Below are positions 39,929-52,100 of a stretch of 64,000 nucleotides of DNA, piece after piece. The stretch covers positions 136,462,001 through 136,526,000 of the forward strand of contig OZ038378.1 of assembly GCA_964036045.1 (NCBI GenBank), written 5' to 3'. The position numbers were made by a program, and so were the translations under genes. This DNA comes from Eutreptiella sp. 'Long Island Sound 2002' (lineage: Eukaryota > Protista > Euglenida). Below the pieces are notes generated by a model that saw only the letters and a list, made by a program, of their open reading frames with translations, had not been told where the DNA came from and made no database searches. Within the stretch, counting starts at the first letter, position 1. Every line of letters starts with the position of its first letter.

Positions 39929-40690
39929 ATGGCTGCAATCTACGCCCTTATCAAAGAAATATGGCAGATGATATGTTTATTCCTCCTGCCGATTGAGGTC
40001 CTACTGTTGCCAGCCGCTGATGGAGTATTTGGCCGCATGAAGCTTGGCTCTCTGGTACTAGGAGCATGCATCACATTTCTGAAATTATCACTTGGCCAGG
40101 TTTGTGCACACCCAGAGCGGTTCGTGGCCTTCCTTGAGCGTCTGCGGAGTGTGGCTGGCATGATTTCTAGCGTCCTAGTTTCTGGCTCACAAATACTGCA
40201 ATGTTTACGCTTCGAACACTACCCTTGGTCCGACGTCGATGTGTTCTGCATGTCATCATGTTGGTGGGCCCTTTTCAGACACCTCACCGAGGTGCAGGGC
40301 ATGCGGCTAGTCTCCGTGTTGACAAAGAGCGACCTGGCGCAGATCCCGTATTTCCGTTCAGACCTGATTCACAGCATATTCAATTTTTATACGCCTGGCA
40401 AATGCTGCAATTTTCAAGTCATTGTTCCTCGGCGGTTTGTGAAGCACTTGGGCGAAATGGTTTTGGACTTTGACCTAAACATTGTGCAGAATTACTTTGA
40501 TGGAGTCATGTTATTTTCCGCATGGCCGAGAGCAGTCCTCAAAAAGCGGATGCGCGCTTGTTCTGGCAAGGAGGTGACCCAAGAGCGGGTCACGAAATAC
40601 ACGCGACGTGGGTATCACTTGGTCGACCGTGTGGCCATTGAAACACCAAGTAACTGGGTGACGGCGTCGGCAGATGGTGGGATCTCGTGA
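39929..40690 (+). CDS. F-box-like plus Pol-beta-superfamily nucleotidyltransferase-fold protein (paralog 1)
   Basis: N-terminal LIKEIWQMICLFL (F-box-like); VSGSQILQCL...SDVDVF (GS...DxD); DFDLNIVQNYFDG; RVTKYTRRGY. Colinear with ORF 57988-58725. Confidence 0.7.
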   Translation: MAAIYALIKEIWQMICLFLLPIEVLLLPAADGVFGRMKLGSLVLGACITFLKLSLGQVCAHPERFVAFLERLRSVAGMISSVLVSGSQILQCLRFEHYPWSDVDVFCMSSCWWALFRHLTEVQGMRLVSVLTKSDLAQIPYFRSDLIHSIFNFYTPGKCCNFQVIVPRRFVKHLGEMVLDFDLNIVQNYFDGVMLFSAWPRAVLKKRMRACSGKEVTQERVTKYTRRGYHLVDRVAIETPSNWVTASADGGIS

Positions 40691-41554
40691 GCTTTTTCAT
40701 TGTTGCGGCCACATCCCCTACCACCGGAGCCGTTCATGTGTGCTACTGGTTGGGTGTTGGTGACCTGCCTCCTCGTACCGCCTGTATGAGTCAGGCCCCT
40801 TGTGCATTGCAATATTGCCTCCATGTGAACTATATAACGGTCCGTAGGGTGGCCTTGTTGCATCCACTCGCCAAAGTGTTTCGTGACCAAGCACTTTTCC
40901 TTTTTTTTTTCCCCGTCCACCTTTCTTTCCGCACTTTAGAGAAGTGGCGCAGTGCATGTACATGCATCCATCCGCATGTTGCACATGTGTATATACAGAA
41001 ATGACTCTTTGTCATTGAAGCGTGGCATGATGATGTGCCGTGCGCGTGCCATCCCTCACCGGTGCGTCTTCCCACAACATATTGCCAAATCCACACTCTA
41101 TGCACTGCGAGTCTGCTGGTGGGTATTTTTTTGCTGCATGGTGTATTGGTGCTAATGTCGTTGCCAGGAATCTGCTTCCTTCCGCTTTGCTTGGGGCGCC
41201 ATAGAAATACACCCACAAGGTAATCCTCTTGACTTTACTGGAGTTGGTGGTGCAACAAATTACTTGGATCCCTCTGAGTCCAGGCGAGCTGCCCCGGAAT
41301 CCCAATGTCTATCCTCCCGCATTGCGTGGTGAGCTTCAAACGTCTCATGCTTCGTGCATCATGGGCGCTCATCCTAGGTGATCAGTGCTTTGTAGCGTGT
41401 CAAGCATTGCACGCACACCTCTTCTGGGCCGTTCCTGTCGTGAAATTGCTGGTGTAGGTGTTTGCTAGAGCCACTTCTGCAGCAACCCCCCACCCCCCAC
41501 ATTGTGAGTTGGGCGAATAGCAATGTTGCAATCTTGACCCAACCACATCAACTG

Positions 41555-42310
41555 GCACACAAGATATGCAACATTCAAAGACTAAAAACCCCCAAATTGC
41601 AACCACCGACAAGCATTTGGAAGGTACGGGCATAGCAAGCAATGCAATTGTGCCAAGGGAGGTTGTCGTGCTGATAGGGCTATTGCACCTGGGCGCCGTT
41701 GGTGGCTTCGCACAGGTGATGCGCGTCAACTGGCACCAAAGATATGCAACATAGAACCCCCAAAGTGCAACCACCGACAAACCAATAGTTTGCCACATTA
41801 GCAAGCATTCGGACGGTACAAGCATAACAAGCAATCCAATGATATGCAACATTGAAAGACTAAAAAGCGCCAAAGTGCAACCACCGACAAGCATTTGGAA
41901 GGTACAGGCATAACAAGCAATGCAGGGAGGTTGTCGTGCCGACAGGGCTATTGCACCTGGGCGTCATCGGTGGCTTCGCACAGGTGATGGGCGTCAACTG
42001 GCACCAAAGATATGCAACATTGAAAGACTAAAAAAAAACCCCAAAGTGCAACCACCGACAAACGAATAGCTTGCCACACCAACAAGCATTTGGAAGGTAC
42101 GGGCATAACAAGCAATGCAATTGTGCCAAGGGAGGTTGTCGTGCCGACAGGTCTATTGCACCTAGGCGCCGTTGGTGGCTTCGCACAGGTGATGGGCGTC
42201 AACTGGCACCAAAGATATGCAACATTAAAAGACTAAAAAACCCCCAAAGTGCAACCACCGACATACCAATAGTTTGCCACATGAACACGCATTTCGACGG
42301 TACGGGCATA
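41555..42310. repeat. Interleaved 100-250-bp direct repeats upstream of the large ORF
   Basis: AAGATATGCAACA...GCAACCACCGACAA...GAAGGTAC recurs 4-5 times. Confidence 0.8.
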
Positions 42311-43139
42311 ACAAGCAATCCAATTGTGTCATGGGTCTGTGATGGGTTTGATAGACTTGATTCACGCCAGAGTGCCGAACGAGGCGTCCTAGCAAGCTCC
42401 CCAAGCAAAAAGAGGGCCACTTTGCGTATGCATACGAGAAAACGCTTTTGCTCTACCATTGTTGCTACCATTCTTGGCCAATGTTGACATGCCACATTGC
42501 CATGGGCAAGCACATCTACACCGGCCACAGGCACAATGGGGTCAGCAAGTGCGGGTGCCCTGACTTCATTGATACTTGTTGCCTCACTTTTGTTTTGATA
42601 GCCTGTGATGGATTGCATGCCATGTTCATGTTATTTTTACGGAGCCCTTCATGGGATGTGCTGCATCGTTCGATACAAACAATTGCACATTGTGCGCCTT
42701 AGAGGGTGGTTGCACCATTTGCGGTCTTGAAACACATTTGTTGCACCACCTACGGACGACGATGCCAAACTTTCCCTGCACCCCATGGACAGCCCCCTGC
42801 CCTGTGTTAGCATTCACGGCATGGACGATTTTCTATTCCAACCATTTGAATCTTTCACGTCATGTAGGTGGTGTTGATGCCATGCACACGCAATCCGCAA
42901 CAACATGCCGCATTCAGCAATGGCTTCTTGCCATTCCAAGCCCGATATCAGTGAGTGGCCATGACCTGGGGCCACCCGGCGGTGGTGTATTGGTGACACC
43001 CTTGCCCGCAAATGTTTCAGTGTCAGGAGCCCAATGTTGCAATCTTGTTGCACCAACGGAGCAGTAGCTAGGGTGTTGCGGAAACACAAGAAAACACCTA
43101 TCGGCGCTACAAGTTGACATCACATCGTCGTCCTCGTGT

Positions 43140-46100
43140 ATGAGCATCCCTCATTTGGAGTCTGGTACGTTGTCGTCTGCTCCACCGACCAACTCTAGCA
43201 TCCCAGATTTGGAGTTTGGTAGCCAGTCATCCACGGTCTCGGATTCCGAAAGTTATCTATTGCCCGCCGAAGGGCCATTTCAGCTACACGGAAGCGCCAT
43301 GGCCGAGGGAGGTAGCACAAGGGCAGTGCCCAGTGGCCGTCGGGTGTTTGACCCATCAACATCCTCGATAGTGCGGTGCGTGGATGTGAGCACCATATTG
43401 TCCCACGAGTGTGTGTCCAATGCGGAGATGTGCTCGTGGGATGGTGACGATCAGTCCGACAAGGTGTATTCTATCGACAATGCTTCACTTGTAGTTCGCT
43501 TGCAGCACCCAGTATGGCCGCCCCAGCACAAGTATTTTTCTGTGGACACCGTTGGTGTGTGTGGCTTGTCCTCCGTGCTTGGCACGGATGGTGTCTCTCC
43601 ACCCGATCAGCATGGTACCAACGTATGCGTCCACAAGGGTATGACGGAAGAGGCAACCCCAACAACAACCAACTCCAGTGCACCCTCTTTGGACCCTGTA
43701 GGGTCGGAAGCTAGCGCTTTGCCAGAACTCAAGGACTTGAGTGCGACATCCACGCAGACTACTAGAGGCGCAGCAAATCCATCAGACACATGCATCCATC
43801 CGGATACAGATTTCGTCGGGCGACGTTTCAACCGCAGCGCTGGTTCGCCATGTATGTCACCTGCTGCTTCAGAGCGGACGTCTGGCTGCGCATCCGTTCA
43901 TCCGCCACAGGATGATTATCGGGTTGTCTCCACCAACGATATCACAACATCATGTTGTTCTCCCATACACATGGCTTGTTTCATCCTAATGGTGGGAAGT
44001 TTTATTTTACTCCATATTGCGCAACGCCGCGGTTGTAGCGACATGGTTTTTGTCTTTCATAGTGCATTGTGTTTTTTACTTCGTTTTGGAACGCCCAACC
44101 ACTGGGGCAATCTATTCAGTTTCGCAAGGCGTTCCTGGGGAACGGGATGCAAGCACCTATGTGGGACCGGCGGTCGGTGCCTCTTGGCAATCATCTTTGC
44201 ACTTTCCCCGTTTTGCCCCCCGGATGCCAATGACTCCTTGGCTGACAAAGCCATTGTGCTAGTTATGCTTTTCCTTCTTTTGCGCCAACTTTGTGCCATG
44301 ATGTGGAGCATGAAAGCTCGCCGACGGCACACACCGTGGCCTTCGCGTGCGTTGGACCGCACACGGCATCCACGGCAAACAGCACGCCACAAGCGCAAGC
44401 GCGCGCGCCGCAAATATCGCCACTTAATGCGCGCACGCCTCCGGGCGCAGACCAATGCGTGGCACTATGTTTGGGTGCTGAATGAATTGTTGCATTGTAG
44501 CATGGAATTGGTGTTTGTTTCCGCCACAGTGTATCACAACTCCATAGTGAGCTGCGCATTGCATATTGGTATAGTTGTTGTTTTTTTTCCGGGGCTTTGG
44601 GCAGCAAGCCTTGCCTTACTGAGACCATGTTGCTCAGGTCTGCTACAGGTTTTCATTTTGCAGTTTTCATCATTCCCACTGTACGATGCCGCCATCACCG
44701 CAGTCTGCATGGGCAATTGGGGTACGTTGGTGCACTGCGCACTGTACTGCAATGTTGCAGGGCCACTTTTATGTCGATGGGTGGTGTACGAACAACTGCG
44801 ACGTGCACTGCCACATGTTCTCTGCGCCACCCTGCAGCGCGCAAGGTGCCTTTGGCGGCCACTGATGCGCATGTGCATGCCATGTACCATAAAAGAAGCA
44901 TTCTTGCGGCTAGCTGTGCCGCCCGTTGAGCTTCTTTTCTTACACACCTTTACTATTGCGATGCCCTTTCTACCGTCAGTTCCGTTGTGGGCTAGTGTTT
45001 GCGTATGCCCGATGCTTTGCTTCATCGGGCTGTTTTTCACTGAGGATGCACGAGCTACCATGGGCTTCTTGATACACATCTTTCGGCGGTGTTTGTCCTT
45101 CCTTGTGGTGCACCACATGCACAACGCGCTTGCCATGGGGGCATGCATCGTTGGTACTACCTTAGAGTTGCTTCTGTGTGGGTCGCTGCTTGACGTTTTC
45201 AACGACCCTTGGGCAGCCGCGTTACAATTGATGTGCAACGCTACAATGCATGCACTAGTCGGCAACGGGCCCTGCATAACCACCCTTTTGTGTTGCGGGT
45301 GTGGCCGTGCAGACGAGCAGTTGTTCCACGTTCCAAACCCTATTAGGCGTGCCGCCACCGTTTCGTGTGCCCTTATCCGTACGGACGCCAGTGGATGGTT
45401 CGAGGCACCTAGCCTAGCGGAGGAGCACTTCATTTGGGCCCGTGACAATGGATTCCCACTGTACTGTGCGCCTTGTCGAAATTACCGTGATCACCAATGG
45501 GATTCCGCGCAAAGTGGCGGACAACAGACCAAATACGCTGCATCGTGCATGAGCATTGTGGGTTACCTCCTCGGGACTGAGTTTGCGGACGAGGTGTGGC
45601 CTATGCTTCCCCCCAAGGTACAACATCAATGGCGTGGACTCATTCTACGTTGCGCACAGCATCCGTCGCGAGTGCAAGATGCCCATGAGTACAAGAGGTT
45701 GCCATTGAGTATGGCGCACTTCCACGAGGTGGCCAATTTCCCCCGTGACACCAAATGTGCTGTCTGTAGGTGGGGTCTTCACGCCGAGGAGGTCAGTTTC
45801 TTGCCATATTTCCGATTCCATGATTGCCAATGGTTACAAGGGTCGTCCGTTGCCGAGGCAACGTTGCGATGCACCTTCCAACACCCAGATGGCACATTCT
45901 GCCATAACCGCCGCCCACAAACCAGGCCACTTTGCATTGACCATCAGCCAGTGGAGGAAGGCAGATGTGGCAAGCCGACAGGCCGCGGTACACGGTGCCG
46001 CAACTTGCATGGTGCATGCGCCATACACCGGCCACATGAGCCTCAACCTGGATCACGTGAGCCTGGACCCGTGCCCGTACCTCGTCCCTCTTGCGGTCTT

Positions 46101-49100
46101 CGCTCTGCGCAACCAACACTCGACGATCGCGGTGTTGAAGAGGTGTCGTGTAGCCAAAGGGAACGATGTACGGGGCATACTAGGAAGGGACGCTGCCGCT
46201 CGTATGCTCTCCCGGGTACTACTCGATGTGCCTACCATCCCATTGGAAGTGAATGCCCGCTTCCTGCATACCTCCAACTTTCACCGCACATCAGCAACCA
46301 CACCGCTCCGGTCGTTGTGGCCCCCACATGTACCGCTGTTGAAGACGACACCATGCATGTATCGCCCATTTCGGCTGCCCGGGAAGAAGTTGTGGTGGAA
46401 GAGGGTGCGCATGTATCATCTGATGACGAAATTGTTGAGATTGAAGTCGTGGTGGAAGAGGGTGCGCATGTATCATCTGATGACGAAATTGTTGAGATTG
46501 CCCCTCGCATGGAAGGCGGGGGACCATTGTCCAACGCATCGCTGTCAGACGTGGAATTGGACGGAGACCAACGGTGTGCAACCATGTCTTCTTCGTCTCG
46601 CTCTAGTGGTAGGTTGTCTCCTCAAAATGATGAAGACCATGACTTGGAGAGTGGAGGACCCTTATCCATTGCGTCTATGAGTGAAGTGGACTCGGAGAGC
46701 ACGCAACGGTCATCAATCATGTCAATTCCGGAGCCTAGTAGTTGCAACATGCGCGATGATGTCTGTGATACTTCCATTGTTCATCGCGGTGAGGCATCGT
46801 CCTGCATGCCGGATGGTGATGGTGATGCTGAGGGTAGTGCTAGCACGTATGGAAGTGAGGGGTGGTGCGATGATAACGATCCAAACTTTGATGGCTCCCA
46901 GTGCTGTGTTTCTCAAGGCGGTCCCGAGGTCGGGTGCGATGCATCCCAGCCACCGCCTAGACTACGTAGACGCCACCCAAAACAAACCAGGATGGCATGG
47001 CTTGCTCCGTGTTGGGATGTGGCGGCACAGCACCCTTTGCTACCAGAAGGGCACGCTGGCATCTGCACTCGGGCTTTGTTTCATCATGTCCACGGGCTTG
47101 CTTTCGCAGTATGCGCATATTGCGAAAAACGGTGGTGGGCCAAGCACTTGTTCAGTGTAGTGTGGCCAAGTAACCAACTACGGGATGATGCGTTGAACCC
47201 CGTGGATCCTCCAACGTTTCATGCCCCCGTACACCAAAATCTGGGCCATTTGGCGCCAGTCCGCATCAACGACGTTGCAGTGTCGGGTGTTCGCTTACGT
47301 CGAGACAAACGCACGGGGCGGCCTACCTCTGCACAATACCAACTATTAGGCATTTGTGGGGACGGCCGCGGCATCTCCACACAATTCATCTCTTTCGGCC
47401 ACAAGGCGTTGAGGTACGTCCTTGCGCCACAGTCCATATTATGGAGGTGGTACCGCATCCTACACCGCCATCGACCGGATCTGGAGTGCGTGTGGAGCCA
47501 CCTTTGGGGCCCACCTGGATGCAGCAATCGCGAAGACTTGGACCGTGACGTTCCCAACGTCACATTTGGGACGTGCCCCAGAGAGGCTACGTGGGTTAAG
47601 CAAGTGAAGCGGCGTGCCCCTCTGTCACAAGAGGAAGCCTCCGCGCGACGCGTCATCTTGCGCAAAGGGGCACCCGGATGGGTGATGCCACGCGTGTTGC
47701 CGCACACCCCGCAAAACGCAATTACTGCGGCTCTTCACAGCCTTCTCGTGGTACGGTCTATTCGTGCCACACTTTTGCAACCTACGGATGCCGCCACGGA
47801 CGTGAACCACCCCATTTATGACACTTTGGCTATGATCTTTCGCGGCTTGTTTCGTGGAGACATCCCAGAGCGGCAGCTCTTTAAGGAGTTGAGAGAGTTG
47901 TTAACCATGCCGCATGGCCTGTTGCGGGAGCGCCAGTTGACGCGAGGCCAGTCACGATGTGCTTACACCGTCCTCGATACCCTATTGACCCGCATCTTCG
48001 TCCGCTCCAGTGTTGGAAACGACTTGCCGACAATGTTTCGACCGACATGGCCACGCCGCACCGGGGTTGTTCTCCCACCGGCTTTTGCCCCTTGTGCCCT
48101 CCATTGTACCCTCACGGAACCTCCACCCGTTGATTTTTTGCAGCACCTCAACAACCTAGTTGCGGATTGGCCGATAAATGAGCGCCTCGGTATATGTGGT
48201 CCGGTGCTTTTGGTCTACGTAGACTGTACGGCGACAACATCTGATGTCGACATTCCCTTCGTACCCGACTACCTGCCCGGCTTCGTTGGGCGTTATGTGT
48301 TGCGGGCTCTATTGTGCTGCAAATCTGATACTTGGGTGGCGGTGGTTCCTGGTAGGGCTGTAAATGCCAACCGGGCGTTGTTTGAATGTGGGCAATACAC
48401 CATAAAGCGCCATCAAACAATGCGTTGGTCCTTAAAAGCTGGTACGACCGCCATGCTGGTGTATGAGAGGCCCGTTCTGCGCCAAGGTATTGACGTGGAT
48501 ACCCAGGATGTTGAGGGTTGGGTTCGTGCCACGGAGTCCGCTGCACAGACTGCCCGGCCACCAGCACAAGAAGATGCCAGCGACTCGGGCTCTTCGTCCT
48601 CGAGCGCGCCAAGCGATGGTTTACCTGAGCCGTTGCCTGTACAAGCGGATGTCTTGGAGAATGTCCTGGAGAGACTTAATGGTCTTGCACAAGACATAGG
48701 AGATGAAGATTTGCGTTGGGCAGAACAACAATTTTTGGCAAGCGTGGGTGGGGAGGCGGATGCTTTTGCCGATGACAGTATCGATGAGGCCCTTGAGGGC
48801 ACCGGCACGTACGTCAAGGATGCCATGGAATACTTGGATGATAACCCATCAAATTCTGCAGGTGTCCACGTCTTGTTGTCCACCCTAGCAGAGTTGACGG
48901 CCCAGCGCGCCAAGCCGGCTCAATGGGTGCGCAATTTTGCCCAAAGCGTGACGAGCCGCCTGCCTAATCTTCCCAACATTTATGAGTACCTCGAAGCCTA
49001 CTTGTTTCCGTCACACTTCCCGGTGCGAGACCCTCAAACCGGACATTTTGCAGGAAACATGCCATTGCGCATGTATTCGGCAAGCACGCTGGCAGACGGT

Positions 49101-52100
49101 CTTCAAGGCTTCGTCAATCCTGAACGCCATGTGCAGGAGGTCCTGAATGATCCCCATAGTACCCGCGCACACGATGTTACATGGATATCGTACGCCTTCA
49201 ACGTCCTTCTCAGCCGCCTTCTGGAACGCGGGCCGAGTGTCAGCATGGTCAAGCGCGGCCTACAGGCCGCACTCCGTGATTATGGAAGCCAACAAGAATA
49301 TAGTGAACGGTTTGGTGACACGCCTTTACCTGGCCTGTTGTATGACAAGGCAGATGCAGACCGTCATGTTGCCCTACTATGTGCAGCACGGAAGAAACTT
49401 GGTGACATGACGTACTTTGGAACAGAGACGTGCGACATGTCTCGCTTTCCTGGCGTGGCCCCGCTTTGGAAGAGAATCGTGGATCAAGGGTTGGACCCGC
49501 AGTATTTTGCTGTTGATCTTCAGCGCGCATGGTACCGATCGTCAAATTTGCTCAGACGCCACCTGATGGAGGACCCCGCCAAACCTTTGGGGAACATCAC
49601 TCACGTCTTCATCCATTGTGAATGGCAGACCGACAAGCCGAACTTGCATCATTTGCATTGGGGTGTGTGGACGGATGATCCCATACATCATGTGAATCCC
49701 GATGTGCGCCATGCCGCCATTCAAAGAGCCTTGGCTAGGCTATCTGCATCAGTGCCACATGCTTTTGACTGGCTAGGCGACGCCAGCGAAATAGCATATT
49801 GGGAGGCCCGGGCCGCCCTAGTGCAACCACATAAACATGGGGACAAGTGCAAGGTTCCCGTCCGCGATCCAACTCAGGTCGTCTTTCAATGCAAGGCAGG
49901 TATGCCAAAGCCCCTCCACAGCGATGTGGGTTTCACACCCCTTGAAGTCAAAATTCCAGATTCTTTGCGTGATCTATTGGTGGAGGAGGGTGTCGCATTT
50001 GAGGACACTGAGACGCCCGGGGTCGTGCGCCTTCACGAGGACTTGCAAGGAGGCATCTGGGAGCCCCCACGGTTGAAGAATGATGGCCTTATCAGCCAAT
50101 TTTGCCCGAGGGTGTTCGTGGCCACGAATGGCTGCCACTCCAATTGGCAGCTGGTCTATGGCAGCCGCTTCCTCCTGGCGTACTTAATTAAGTACCTTAG
50201 CAGCGAGGAGGAGCGTTCCGTGGTGCGGCTAACCCAACAAGGCCCACAAATTGTGAAGGCTACTGAGCATGATGAACACAAGCGCAAGCGGACAACGGGG
50301 CTACGCCTCAAGAGGAAATGCCACGGCCGCACCATTGGTGTGCCGGAGATGGTTTTCTATTGCCTCGGGTATTCTGCCGTGTACTGCACCTTCTCCTCCC
50401 GCCACGTCAACACGGGCACCCCGGAAGGTCGCTTCCGTGTGTTGCGCATGAAGTGGCGGCCTCAGCCACAAGAGAGCCCCATCTTCGGCCCAGCTCCTAC
50501 AGGAGGTCGCGGATGTCCTGACGACTCACGTTGTGGACGGCTAAACGGCGAACCAATGTTTCCAGACCGTGAGCCCACAACCGATCAGCGGCAATCGTAC
50601 ACGACTTGGGACATTGATCGCTATCATCCAGACGCGGTGCTACTGTATTGTCTTCGGCCCCCAGAAACGTACCCCCTGGAATTACGCGATTGGGCCGAGT
50701 TTGTTGTTACTGACATTCGTAACCGCAATCTTCGCAAGCTGTCATGGGACAAACGTCGGCAACGTGTTCTAGACTGGAAGACTCACGGGTTCTACGATTT
50801 GCGCTACAATCGCGTATATTTGCATTGGGAAATTCTTAGGCACCCTCACCTGTGGCGCACCGTCTTCCGCCGCTTGAATGACCTCCCCGCAGGACAGGCG
50901 TTGGCACACGCCTTGGATTACCCCAGCGACCGGGAGCCATGGATGTCGGTGGTCGTGAAGTGGGACATCCGAGTGCTCATCTTTGTGGAGCCACGTTTCC
51001 GACCTGGCTTTTGCGTGGATTGGTTGTGCCAGCGCATCTTGCGACTATCCGGGCCATTCGGAAATGAGGTGGCCAATAGAGACAGCTTCTTGGCGAGTAT
51101 GGGTTATGACTCCCTTCATGAGGCCCTCACATCATTGTTCGTCAATCTCTCCCTTGGAGAGTGGATCTTGGAGGAGGCATCCGGTTGGCCCATTGGCTTC
51201 AAAACTGTTTGGCGCTTGGTTATCCGTATTTGGGAGCAACAACGGAGCGGCACCACATACGAGGTGTCCATCCCCATGACGGACCGCGAGCTGGAGGCCG
51301 AGCATTGCCAAAAGTACACCGCCCTGTTGAACACAATCCAGCTTCGCCATTGCAACCGCATGTTGAAGGTCCCACCATGGAACCAGCATCCCGAACAAAC
51401 AGATGCAAGCTGGGCAGAGCAACAACGAAGTGCAAACTTCGTGAAGGATGATGTTCGTTTGATCATTCAAAGCCTGCAAGACATCAGCCCAGGAGACTGG
51501 GTCACAGACGGCTTGTACTACGCCCGCCCAATCTACATTAGTGGCCCACCTGGCACAGGAAAGTCTTGGGTAGCGCTCCAAGTTCTAAAATGGATTTGGA
51601 GTGCCACAATCCTCGGCCCAGAGCACTGGGAACTAACTGCCGTGGGCGCCATGTTTGCCCAAAATGGTGGCGGGGTTCACCTTCACCGCCTTTGCTTGTT
51701 TCGCCCCGGTAAGTCCAACCTTTGGACAACCCCTCAAGGTTTGGCGGCGACGGCCCTTAAACGGTTGAAGAAACACCCACACCTTGTTCGCCGTTTGCAA
51801 GAGCTCCTCGTGTTGTACATTGACGAGATGGGACAATGCGGGGCACCGTTGCTATTGGCGCTTCACCTGGTATTGTCGAAACTTCGGGGCACTGATTTGC
51901 CTTTCGGCGGTGTGTTTGTGTTTGCGGCAGGGGACCATTACCAAACCGAGCCTGTGGATATGGCCCCACCTTACACTTCGTGGTTCATGAAGTGCCACTT
52001 TCGCGTCATCACATTAAAGGAGCTGTTCCGCTCCCGCAACGATCAAACTTTGCAGACAATCATCAACTTGGCCAGGGTTCCCCAGCTGATGCCAGCTAGC

